Source: Pelomyxa schiedti
Lineage: Eukaryota > Protista > Evosea
Reading direction: 5' to 3'
Assembly: GCA_020536535.1 (NCBI GenBank)
Contig: JAHLWZ010000275.1
Location: 62,001 to 126,000, forward strand
Length of the DNA stretch: 64,000 bases
The notes beneath the pieces were generated by a model. That model was given only the letters and a program-made list of their open reading frames with translations. It was not told the origin of the DNA and did not search any database. The position numbers and the translations under genes were made by a program. Positions 52,337-64,000 of the stretch are shown here, piece by piece. Within the stretch, counting starts at the first letter, position 1. Each line of letters opens with the position of its first letter.

Positions 52337-53594
52337 TCACAGCTTGATACAGTAGTACTCAATGTAGGACCAAGCAGTGCAACCAACAAACGACAGTAGA
52401 AACAGGATAAAGGCCAGGGTGAGGTGGCAGCCCCAGCTGCACCCACTGTCCCAACACCAAGCTTGTGTCATAAGGCAAGGTGGTGCTAGTAACTGCACTG
52501 CAAATCTCGCTGTAGATACAGCATGCAGGGAAGCAAAGACTGCCCATTGTGTGCGCCTCCGCACAAATGAAATGGTTGAGCCACGCCCAAATTCATTGGG
52601 AAGTGTAGCGGCACCCTTGTGTCTTAGGATGAGAACGAGTGAAAACAAGTAACAGGCAAGCCCCTGGAATACAACAACGCACAGAGCTGCGATAGAAGTT
52701 GCCAATACTGATTGAGGATTTGCTGATGAGAAGCTGTGCAATGGAATCATTAGAATAAGCATCCCTATGCACAGAATTGCATTGCGTATTGTAAGAGCCT
52801 CCAGAAATATTCCAAGCCACATAACAAAATACTCAGCGCATACAAGTGTAAATGTCCATTTTCCCTTCGATAGTAAAAATAGAAGCAACAGTGCCAAAGT
52901 AGTTTCTCCTGTGGCAAAACCATTTTTCGTTCTACTGTCAATGGGGCGAGGGCCTGCTATCATCCACAAAAACGCAATAAGCGTAGTAGTGTATAAAACT
53001 AATGCCGCGACAGTTGAAATCAGGTTGTTATCGGTATCTGCAAGGACAATGAAAGTGGCCACGAGATCGACAATTGTCACGTAGAAACCAAACAGAAGGT
53101 AGTCTTGTATAATTCAGAGACAGGAGAGGAGAACAGTAAAAATACCAAATAATGTTACATCTACAAGCGGCTCATTGGCTTTTTGAATGTAGAGGATTAG
53201 ATCAAAGTTACAAACTTGAACAGAAAGATACTTGCTCTGGATTTGTAAAGTGACCTCCAGCACATCAACTGGTACCGATATAGACGGGAGCGAGGGAAGT
53301 CACGTAAAAACCTGGTTCTCCACAATTCTTCAGAGCTCGCCAGGTCATACCAATGTCTACAAACCTGACAAGCAACGGCACATTAGCAAAAAGTCCGCAA
53401 ACAGGATGCAAGCACAATCATAGATCTACCCTCTGACAAGAAGCCAAAGATCTCGCATCCAAGTACTTGAGCACTTTCATGAGATAGGCGTCACGCAAAA
53501 CCGGGTGACAGTCATCGCCAACTGGCTGGCGCAGTTTCGGTGATAAATATGCTTTCTTGAGCTCCCTCACAATGCTGGGCACCAGCTTCAACAT
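52337..53594 (-). CDS. F-box protein fused to a multi-pass (about 7-8 TM) membrane domain
   Basis: Exon 1 (53594-53430) joined to exon 2 (from 53364) gives LRDAYLMKVLKYLDARSLASCQR/VCRHWYDLASSEELWR, an F-box pattern. Two short inferred introns then link it to the hydrophobic ORF 52337-53080. Confidence 0.72.
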
Positions 53595-53884
53595 TTTCTT
53601 GGTTTTTGTTGTATTAATTTGCCGGACTGCCTGTCAACGTACTCCCTCACTAGCGCAGTTTTCTATTTACAGAGTGCTTTTTTTTCTTGCTCCTATTCGC
53701 TTTGTTGGGGAACACGGAGCTATTGCAGTTTAATTGCACTCACCCACAGGCTCCTGCACTTGATTCTGAGAAATCTGATAATCGAATGAGTTGATAACCA
53801 CAGGCAATTCTCTCAAAGCCACTTTTTTTCGACCGACCTCTCAGATTTGTGCGGGTCAACGAAAAACATCAACTTCTCACAAAA

Positions 53885-54708
53885 ATGTCGCAACAGCAGA
53901 AGGCGGTTATGTGGCCGACCGGGGTTGGGTTTGAGTACTGTGCGGTGGAGTTGAGTGACGATCTTAACTGCGTTGTGTGTTTGTCGTTGTTGGGAGAGGG
54001 GTGCGTTCAACACCCGCGATGTGGGACACATTTTTGTCAAAATTGCGTAGGTAGCTAAACCCCGTTTCGTTCTTTTTTTTTTTTTTTTTTTTATTGTAAC
54101 CCAATGCGGTTTTTCCATTTTTTTCATGGACAGGTAAACTCCGTGATTGTCCAATTTGCGGCGATGTGCTTCTTACGGCACCTCCGAAAGATAAGGTACT
54201 GGAGGCACTCTCTTTGGTTCATGTATACTGTCCTGTAACAGGGTGTCCGAAAAGTAAGACCCTCTCAACAACACCTTCATCTTCATCGCCTTCTTCGAAA
54301 CCAACTACCTCTTCACTTGATGGTGCCCCACTCACCAAGGCAACTCTGTGCGACCACATGGCCTCTAATCATCTAAGGGAGCTATTGTCCAGTATGCAAG
54401 CGCAAATTGATTCCCTCACCGCCCTTGTTCAGACACAACAAGCAGAGATACTCTCCCTAAAATCGGCCACTCCTCCTCCGCCAACTACCACTACAACCTC
54501 GACCACCGCTCCGCCTCCTCCCGCACCTGTTCTATGCGGAAGATGCCGGACCATGTTCGCGGAAGCAGAGAATAATAACCATGCCTGCCACTACCACTCT
54601 GGCTCACTGACCAGGGGGGCTTGGAGCTGTTGCTCTCGTGGGGGTACCTCTCCTGGCTGCCGAACGGCCAGACACTGCTCCCTTGCTGAATACGGAATGT
54701 CATCCTGA
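53885..54708 (+). CDS. C3HC4 RING protein with TRAF-like Zn finger remnant, coiled coil and C-terminal Btk-motif-like zinc finger
   Basis: CVVC...HPRCGTHFCQNCV/GKLRDCPIC (intron 54051-54133), YCPVTGCP, coiled coil MQAQIDSLTALVQTQQAEI, and CGRC...CHYHSG...WSCC...PGCRTARH. Confidence 0.8.
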
Positions 54709-55005
54709 TGCACTGGCACTACACCATTTGTCGGACTCCCCTGTTTCTTTCATTACATCTTTTCATAACAATCAGCTTCAGGTTCATCCAATGCTTTTGC
54801 TTCCTAGTTTAATGCACTTTGTATGCAAAAGTACCCCACTGGATCAGAGCTCTTGTTGTCTTTGGCTATTTTTTTGAACTTCGTCCCTCTGGCTTTTTTT
54901 TTTTTACCACTTTTTTCTGCATCTGTAATCACCCACCTTTTTCGGGAAACAGGCCCAAACGGTGCTTCGACTTTTGGCGAAAAAAAGAAATTAAAAAAAA
55001 AAACC

Positions 55006-58000
55006 ATGTCATTTGCTGATCTCTGGGTACTTCAATGCAGCAGTGACACAAAGATCTAACAGGCAACAACAGGACAACTTCGATGTGGCGTGTAAATTCA
55101 TATTGGATAATTTGGCGGTGTTTAAGTACGTCACCAAGTGTCTCAGAGGAGTAACGAAGTTAGAAGAGGAGAGATCCAAAGCACTGTCTTTGGTCTCAAA
55201 GCATTTTCAAGACGACGTGAAACCGCCGTATGGGAACTTACACTTTTTATTATTTGTTTGTTTCCTTTTTTTCTTCCTGATCTTTTTTTTTGGGGGAGTT
55301 GTTGGGAGTATTGCACTGGAGTTGTGATTGTGATATTAATAATTTACACTGGCAGATGCTTGGCACAGAACGAACTGTTGAGGGGATTGACAAATCAGGT
55401 TAATGCCGAAAGTGAGGTGAGCCATACACTTTCGGAGAGCATTACGAATAAGGTTTCTTACGGCATCGAACTTTCTTCCTCTACAAACAAATTTATGTTT
55501 GTAGGTGTGCCTGCCACTGAAGCAAGCGTTACCAGACCTAGAGTCATTCTATAGACAGGTTTGCTGCTGGACTCTTTATAAAAACTCATCATTTTAAGTT
55601 CGTCTCTGAAGGAACAAAAAATGCTCATGATTACCGAAATTCTGTTTCGAAGCTTGAGAGAGTACAGGAGATTTTTGAGAATTTTTGTTGACTTTTACTC
55701 CCAACAGAGTAGGGCAGCTTTTATTCGGGTAAACAAGGAACTCGGGCAGACACATGATGCACCTAAGCGGGCAAAACTTACTCAGGACTTGGCTCAGAGT
55801 ACCAAAGACTATCAGGTTCAGATAGAAGAAACAAACGGTATGCAGACTAAATTTTTAGCTGAAGCCAAGAGAGTGCTTGAGGTTCACCTGCTTGACTCGT
55901 AATGAAGTGCCTCATTTTCATTATAGGAAATGCAAAAATTGGATTCAAGAAGATCTGAACTACTTTCGACACATTTGACGATTTTTTTTGATGTATGCTT
56001 CTTTTCTTTGTTTCGCAGTAACCTTGATATTTCCATACTAATATTTTGTTAACCACAGATACATGCAACTCTACCAGCTCAAATCCAGGATCAAATTGGG
56101 AAGTGGCGAGACCTTCAACAATCTTCCAATTACCAAAATGGTAATTTTCTCCCTCTCAAATGAAGTCAAACCATGTTCGCCAGACCTTGTCCAATTTGTT
56201 GTGCAGAATCGTAGTGGAGCGCCACCACCTCCACCATTTGAGTTTGAGGCGTACAAGCCAGAGGGTGTAACTGACCGCCCCAAATCTCTTCGACCTGCAT
56301 GGCTTAAGCTTGGAACTCTCAAGAAAAAGGTATGGAGGGGAATTTTACTTGTAACTCACCTCTCACAGGAAGCAGAGGACCTGATTCAGCCAGGGCTTCC
56401 ACCAAAACCTCTTATATATGGTGTGAGTTTAGATGAAATAGTCTCGAGACAGAAAGAAAAATACCCAAACCTCAGAATTCCAATGTTCTTGATTTTGATG
56501 CGAGACACTCTATACACACTTGAAGGTTTTTCTTCATGTACACTTACTTGCTTTCTAAAACGTCTTTGCCAGCACCCACTACTGAGGGAATATTCAGGTA
56601 CTTTAATGTTGTCAAGTCTTCCTGAAACTGAGCTATAAATAAGGGTACCTGCCAATCAAAATGAATTGAACAAATACCGGGCTGCATTCGACTTGGAGGA
56701 ATTCTATATATCAGAGACAGCAAGTGTCCATACTATATGTGCCCTTCTCAAACTCTTTCTGCGAGAGCTTCCAGTGGCCGTCATTCCTCAAACAGTCTAG
56801 TATGTAAAATAAGTTTCTCCCTTACTGACTGTGCTCAGTTCGACTTTCATCAACCAGCCGTTCATTGATAGCATAAACTCTGAAAATGTGGAGTCTTTAG
56901 TATTTGATAAACTTCCAGAAAATCACAGAGATGTTTGCTTGTTTCTCCTCAAAATGATTCATGAGCTCGCTGCTTACTCCTCTGAGACAAAAATGGACAA
57001 AAGCAACCTAAGTATACAGTTTTGCTTTGTGGGTCCCATTTCCTTCACTGACAAGCTAGTTCTAAGGTATGGTGTTTGCACCTGGTTTACTTCGATGCCC
57101 TCTCGTGAATAGCCCTGATATGGTTCAACTCTATGAATTGGAGAGGGCTTTTGTACTTGCTATTGCATCACGAACGCCAACTAAGCTCTATGACTCTCTC
57201 AACACTACGCTTTCTGTGAGGCCAACATTGAAGGGACCTGATGAACCATATGACGGCAAGGGTTTTGAGGTTCTGACTGAAGAACAAATAACCCAAATTC
57301 GCAAGGTGTTTTCTTTTTATGTTAGCTTTATTCCTGATTTTCTTCAAGGAAATTGCAGAAGAACTTTTACGGGCTGAGCTCGAGGCCTCTGAAAAACTCT
57401 CTCTTTCATCCTCTGGGCCACTTACCTCTCAAACAACAGCCACCCCATCATCAGACCGCTTGACAAAAATAGGCCGCAAAAACATAAAGAATCAAATACT
57501 CAAAACGTTAGGAGGCTTAGACTCTGTGCGTGGCTCGTTGACAACTTCTCCAGTCCAGCAACCCACTCCGAATCCTACACCACGGGTCTCTGGTCCCTTG
57601 GAGAATACTGCAGACGGGATGTCATCAAACCAACCTACATCATCACCGGCTCGCCACCTTCCTCCAAGAAGTCATGGAACGCTGATTGGTGCCAAGGCAC
57701 TGCCTGCACAAACCACTCAAGGTGGACCACATGCAATTCATCACAACAACCCCCTACCCACAACGCCACAACGACCCATCCGTGAGCCAATTGATGATAC
57801 AAAGTTGAATAGCTTTGCTCAGGATATCAAGGATGAAGTTGAGCTTCTCCACACAAAATTTTGTCTGGATAACGACTCAGAGACTTTATTGTTTCTTGCC
57901 TCTATTGTTGAAGCCAATTACAAAGTTTGTTTCCCAAAAAAATAAATGGTGTAAGATGAAAGCTGGTTAATATGTAAATTTGTAGACCTTTAAATGATCC

Positions 58001-59435
58001 TTTCTCAATTCCTCCCCTTTTTTTCCCTACTAGTTGGCTTCTGAGAAAATTGCACCTATCTTTCAGGGAATCACCAGCAGTACCACGCTAAACATAGTTC
58101 CACCAAAATGTTCTTCACTTCTCGTCACTCAACAGTTTTGTGAAGTCATTATGCAAAGCATGCAGAAAATGGAGAGTTATGTGTCATGGCTAGCCGCTAA
58201 TGCAACAAATTATAAGCAGATTCCTCCTATCAAAGATGCCATTTTAGATCTGCATGATGTATGTTTTCTCCTTCCGAATTTCACTGACGTCTCTATCACC
58301 CCCTTTGTGCCTATCCAATAGTCATTGATGGTATGCACTTTAACCTGTATTCAATTTCCTTATGCAACAAGACTGTTCAAGGGAAACGAGGACTACAAAC
58401 GGCTACAATGAAAACTTCTCCGAGCCTTCTACCATTTGCTTATAAGCAGCCGGATATCTCTCCACCCCCTCCCATACCTTTTGTGGAATCTCCACCCCCA
58501 ACTGATTCCGTTGGCCCACCCATTGATGCTATTGCACCCCCACCTCCCCCCGTAGATCCCATCGCACCACCTCCACCAGTTGACTCTATCGCACCGCCAC
58601 CTCCTGTAGATTTTCTTCCACCTCCGCCTCCTGTTGATTCTGTTCTACCACCACTTCCCACAATTGAAATTATTGCACCACAGCCTCCAGTTGTTGCAGT
58701 TCCACCACAAGCTGCCCCCACACCCCCGCCCGTAGAACCGATTCCAATCCCACCCAAGAACGAAGCCGAAATATCTTCACCAAGTACCCCACCCATTACC
58801 GTCCCTCCTGTGGAACCGATTGCACAGAAACTACCTTCAGACAGTCAGGCTTCATCTGTCGCAACTCCCACTGATCCGGTAGCGCAGATAGCCACTAATC
58901 CTACCATTCCACAAGAAAAGGAACCCGACACAACAGCCGAAGTGGAGGAAGACACGGCGAGAGATAGTAGGTTCTTCACTTTTTACTGTGCTTAACCACC
59001 AAATTTAGGTTTGGAAGAATTCAATGGTCTCTTCTTGGACCTTAAAAATGCCCTTGTACCATTAGCAGAGCTACTCGCTTCCCCTTCACTTACACTAGAG
59101 GTTTTGCTCCCCCGGGCAAGGCCGCTCCTAGCATCCCTCAAAGTAAGAACAATACCAATCTTTTAACCCAGTCACAATTAATCCACACACAGCTGGCTAC
59201 TGAATTTGCAGCCACCAACAACATTCCCTTCGATGCACCTCCGGCACCACCCAAACTGGATGACAAAGTGAAGATGTTTATTCTAGTCACAAAGCACTCT
59301 GTTGCCCGCACTGTGAAAGTATTTGACGGAATCAGGTTGGCTCTGCCCAAGCTGTCTCCTGAGGTGGTGGAAAAGGCTCTCACCCTTCTTATGGAGTTTG
59401 TGGATATGCTAGAATCCAACAACGCGACAGATTGA
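55006..59435 (+). CDS. F-BAR (FCH) + RhoGAP protein with Pro-rich region (MEGAP/srGAP-like architecture)
   Basis: N-terminal MSFADLW followed by helical exons. RhoGAP motifs IYGVSLDEIV, EGIFR-VPA, VHTICALLKLFLRELP and KMDKSNL. Poly-Pro region at 58440-58800 and a helical C-terminus ending at TGA 59433-59435. Confidence 0.85.
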
Positions 59436-59483
59436 AACAGAGGGAGAAAAAAGCCAAAGGTTTTTTTATGTTACAAGAAATAG

Positions 59484-61793
59484 CTATTTATTTGGGACTG
59501 GGAAATGATGGATACCCTTTCCACTAGGGGTTTGTACCAACACTGTGCAGTTGTTTGGGGATAGGTCTCCAAGGGTAGTTTTGGGCTTTGAACTCCTGCT
59601 TTTGCGGGGATAGAGTGCACTGCCAAATGAGGGTGTTGTTGTGGGCCCACTGACCTCGACTGCTCTGCCCCATGGAATATCAATGGGGTCTATTTCTCCC
59701 GCCAGGCCAAGTGGCTCACTGATGTAATCATCCAAGCTCTCTTGGTCCCCGTACTGCAGAAAGCAAAGTGAGTTTTTTTTTTTTTTTGGGTTCAATAGTG
59801 AGAGACCTGGCTGTCAATAATGTCAGTGCCATTCAAAAATGTGTACCAGGAATCGCCCCCGGCTGCTAGGAAGGAATTCACAGCAACCCTGTTTCGGAAA
59901 TGAATATAGACTCGGGTGGCAGGGCTGAGAATACCGGTAGTATGTTGAAAGAGAGATTGGCACTCCGTTTAATTGCACGTTTTGTACGCCGTAATCACTG
60001 CCAGTGTTCCACCACTCGAAGTAGAAGCCTTCTGAGACTTGAATCATTCCCTTAGCCAAGGAAGCACCCTGGACGAGAACATCAACAACCTGTTAATCAA
60101 CGAAATAGAGTTAATGTACGAAATAGAATAACTTCATGCCTTTCCTGCTGTCCGGTGAGGCTCATTACAACTAAGGTATTTCCAAAGGGAAGTACATCAA
60201 AGGTGTCACCCCATGTTACATTGCACTGACCTGAACCAAAAATACATTTTCGTCTCCAAGGGGTTTTAAAGCATTGTACTTGTGTAGGGGCATGTAATAT
60301 CAGCTCTTAGCCCTCCTGGATTATTGAAAGCAATTTGGAGACTACCATCGAGTTTGTCATTGTCCCACAAATCCATTGCCCATAGGACGCCATCACTGCA
60401 CAAGGAGCCCTAGTGTAACCAATTAGACGAGAAGGTTCGTTTTTTTTTTGTACCATAAGACTTTCACCATAGGTGTTTCTAGTGATATTTAGTGTCGTGA
60501 TTCCAATGACAATGCTGGTAAGCGGCTCTACTTCGGCTTCCCAGTAAGCAACTTCCGTTGCCACATCTGGATCCTCACCACAGGTACTTGAAGAGATGGG
60601 GTTCAAACATCCATTTGTGACTTGATAAGTGTGGGTTTCAGGGTAAACATCGATTTCTACCTGTAATGAAGTTAATATGGGGTGTAATATACTCTGTACT
60701 TACTTGACCAACATAAAGACCCTTATCCCCAGCTTCGGCGATGTATATTCCATCAATATCAATGGGAGGCTGAATAACCTCATTTGTGTGCCCCCCAAAA
60801 ATAACGGCAACATGCTTTGAGGCACTGGCAAGGCCCTGTGCGAGGGATATTGTTCCCTACTTCTGTTGGTGTTTAAAAAGTACTTGAATGAGCGTACAGG
60901 ATAAGTTACTCCATCTGCCAAAACATCTTCTGTACCGCAATGCGCCAGAATGATAAAAACATCACATGCGGCATCAATCTCATCATAATAGTGCAGAGTC
61001 GTTTCCAACATATCTCGAAAGTGAAGTCCTTGAATTAATTCAGTTACATCCTGACCAAAAGGCAAAACTACCAGTGAGTACTCCAGGTGTTGAGTCTATG
61101 GGTGTCTCAGTAGTAGTTAGCCCCAAGACTCCGATTACCACTGTGCCAGCCTTAAGAAACGTATATGGTTGAAGCCAAGAGGGCTGATCCCATTCTGTAC
61201 CATCAAGAATTATGTTAGCAGACACCCAGGTGAAATTTGACTGCTGGATTCTATCTTTTTTTGGTTTTTTTTTTTTTTTTCAGGTAAATTGACATCAAAA
61301 ATAGAAGAGAAGGGGGATGCCTTCAAGAATATCTATGCCATGGTCAAATTCATGGTTGCCAATAGCAGCAACCTGGTACCCTAAGCACTACGGTTAGGTT
61401 ACCTCCCTATGCTAAGTTTAATCTCACCCATCATGTTGTAAATATCAATTGTGCTTTCTCCCTCCAGAAGCTCGGAAATTGCAGGTGCACTGAAGAAAAC
61501 ATCGCCCACATCTATCAGCAGGACGTGGGTATGTGTGCTTTCATATTCTCTAATCTGATCCACAAACCACGCAATATGTGCCGACCCTCCCTCCCCGGTG
61601 TTGTCCCTTGGGTACCCACAGTTTACTACCACACGGCAAGAATAAGGTCTACTTACGGTTCGAGGTTTCCGTGGAAGTCATTGGTGTGCAAGAGAATTAA
61701 CTTTTCATTATCTGCTGCTGTAGTTTGTGCGAACAAAACGGCAACAAATACCAGCAGCCCGGGGGCCGCACCCCAAACGTTACTTGATTTCAT
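59484..61793 (-). CDS. Secreted 5'-nucleotidase / UshA-like calcineurin-fold metallophosphoesterase (multi-exon)
   Basis: Signal peptide, then LILLHTNDFHGNLEP, LLIDVGDVF, AIGNHEFDHG, IGVLGLTT, IILAHCG, and C-terminal FLAAGGDS. The exact 3' end is uncertain. Confidence 0.88.
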
Positions 61794-62091
61794 TTCAATT
61801 TCAACTCGGACCGACTTCTCAAATCTGATCTGCTCCGGTCGTAGCTCCTTCACCCAAGCTCAAACAAGGAACATGGGTACATCATTGAAGACAACTTGGC
61901 TGTTGGTATGTGGTGGTCGTTGCTACCATTTCAGCGGGTTCAATTACCAACGCGCATTCGTGTTTACCCGTTTTTTGGTTTTTTCTTTGGACCAAGTCGA
62001 GGCTTATATCCAACAGATACAGGAAATAGCATACGTGTGTCTCCAATAATTATGCAGTATTGAGGACACTTAACGGTTTGGGTATTTTTTT

Positions 62092-62524
62092 TTACATAAT
62101 CGAACAAGGACAGCCGCCGCCAGTCCTTTCTTTGAATTCTATAAACTCCTATTGGCGAATACTGTCAACTTTAAATCATTCTGTACAATTACGCACTTGA
62201 TCTTGAATGTCAGTATATGAGCCTATTCTATCATCATCTTTCAACCAGACTTTTTCATCTGTGATTTGTAAGCCCACCGATTTCGTGTTTGTCTTGTAAT
62301 GTAGTAGTGTATGATCCATATACTTATAAGTATGCGGTTGGTAGTGAGCGAAACCAACCAGGTAGATACAAGCCAATGTTATTGTTCTTATAGGGCACTC
62401 TTAGACTCTCGCCAATAAAGGTGACAGAGTCCTTGACAGTAAGGTTGCTGTCGATTCTCACCACCTTGTGGATAAGGGGGTATGTTTGAGGAAATTTGAT
62501 GCGCAGAACCAACGAATTGGCCAT
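62092..62524 (-). CDS. 94-aa ubiquitin-fold (talin F0 / FERM_f0-like) protein ending in CaaX (CPCSIM)
   Basis: Exons 62524-62359, 62258-62197 and 62148-62092 give MANSLVLRIKFP...KVVRIDSNLTVKDSVTFI...IGLYLPDEKVWLKDDDRIGSY...EFIEFKERTGGGCPCSIM. This resembles the talin N-terminal GLF...GIWLE pattern. Confidence 0.75.
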
Positions 62525-62929
62525 ATTCAGTCAAGTTATGTACTAGAGTGTGGGGAATTTGATGGTGTGGGGGAAAAAATACAGTGGGATGATCGGTGAT
62601 GTAGGTGTGTTGTGAAGTCGATGTACAGCAGCAACAACTTACGTCGTGTATGTTTGGGTTGTTTGCGTGTGTGCTGTGTACAACACTACGGTACGGCGAT
62701 ACCGCGTTGTTGGTTTGTTTTTTGTTTTGAGGAAAAAAAGGAGGTAACGAGAAGTTTTTCAATTCCCTATCTAGGGCTAGGGCTCCGGGCTATTTTCTTT
62801 CTTTTCTATCTCGCATTCTGCGGAATGTCACCGAGCCACTTTATTTCAAATAAAATCGAAGTGAGAAAGCCGCAGTTGCAGGCCCGGAAGGTAGTTTTTT
62901 TCAAACAGGTCCAGCTGGGTGCTGTTGAG

Positions 62930-64000
62930 TACAACCTGCAACGAACTGCCACTGTGAATTCAATGAGAAGCTTTTAGTCTGTGCTCCTCAAGGTGATACC
63001 GCATGAATCCTTGCGACATCTGTGATCTAGGGTGAGAATGAGGACAGTGATACAGAAGTAAGCTATGTGTATTGTCGACATTTTGAAAACTAGAGGAACT
63101 TCTTTTCATTCCCAAACGCCGTACACCAGATTCTGTCCAAAAAGCATCATCCCTAATGCTTCTCGAAAGCTACTCCAGTTAGCGGTGCTAGCTTGAACCT
63201 CAATAGAGTTCTTGCAGCGTTACTGTTGGTGTTATCAGTGGCACCCTTCACAATAGCCAAGTTTCTAAAAAAATAAAAGGACTACCTCACAGGCTCTTTT
63301 GTTTTACCATGTTACATCAACAGAGAGTGGTGCCAGCACACAACAGAGTGGCACGCAGGTCTTTCAGTCTTTGTACTGAAGAATACAGAGTAGTAGCATA
63401 CTTTGGTGAGTGGCAACCAACAATGTCCCCTCCAAACCATGTATCTCCACTGAATAGCAGTCGTTCAAGGAATATCCTATGCTGTAAGCAACGGGATCGG
63501 CTACTTACTGCCATCACTCTAAGCCGCTTTCTGTAGACTGAAAACAGGGGCGAGACCAGTCGATACGCGAAGAACGTAGGTAGCGGACTCCGCCGTGTAC
63601 TGTTTTATACGATTTCAAAGAAAGTTCTACTCTTCAAGTTAAAGGTAGAATGTAACATAGGCACTGAGGCTTCAGCACAACAAAGTGACATTATGTCAAG
63701 GTGCTGGTCGCGCCATCCAACGTACCAACCCACTTTCCGTGGTCAACCGTAGAGTTTTTCACTTGGTCCTCTCATCGAAGACTCGTTCTCTTTGCTGTTT
63801 CCCTGATTCGTGGAAAGGGGTGTGCCCGGGTTCCTCTGCATCAGTACCAAAATTCTGAAATGTGCTTACAAATCTAAATGTTACCAAAGCTTTCGGTTGG
63901 AATGTTTCTGTTCTGACTGATGTTGCCAAAGCCCCAGCCGAAATAGCGCCGGTGCTCCAAATAGAAGCAGAATTCTTTAAGAGAGTTTTTTGTTTGCCCC
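62930..64000 (-). CDS. Probable 3' part of an unidentified multi-exon gene running off the window end
   Basis: Short open segments are separated by AT-rich intron-like stretches (e.g. QHRIFLERLLFSGDTWFGGDIVGCHSPKY). No family was recognised and the boundaries are approximate. Confidence 0.3.

Overview
Gene-dense, intron-rich eukaryotic DNA with short (about 45-120 nt) GT-AG introns. The Dictyostelium-like dynein and F-BAR-RhoGAP suggest an amoebozoan or similar protist; this is inference only. About 20 genes can be supported. They are cytoplasmic dynein heavy chain, CDC14, a tandem-PqiA membrane protein, an ARF GTPase, a UBL protein, a serpin, three tandem helicase-methyltransferase paralogs, a LIM protein, PAC2/PSMG2, an FlK-type thioesterase, a coiled-coil protein, a MOB protein, a membrane coiled-coil protein, an F-box multi-TM protein, a RING protein, an F-BAR-RhoGAP, a 5'-nucleotidase and a small CaaX-ended ubiquitin-fold protein. 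Two circular permutations stand out. (1) At 47.8 kb a tRNA-Phe(GAA)-like gene has its 3' half upstream of its 5' half. (2) At 28.9-41.9 kb three intact paralogs encode zinc fingers, an SF2 helicase whose Walker A lies after motif VI, and an Rrp8-like SAM methyltransferase; two of them carry different N-terminal ubiquitin-binding-like modules. A duplicated hairpin ncRNA candidate lies at 44.4-44.6 kb. All exon boundaries were read by eye, and no database searches were run.
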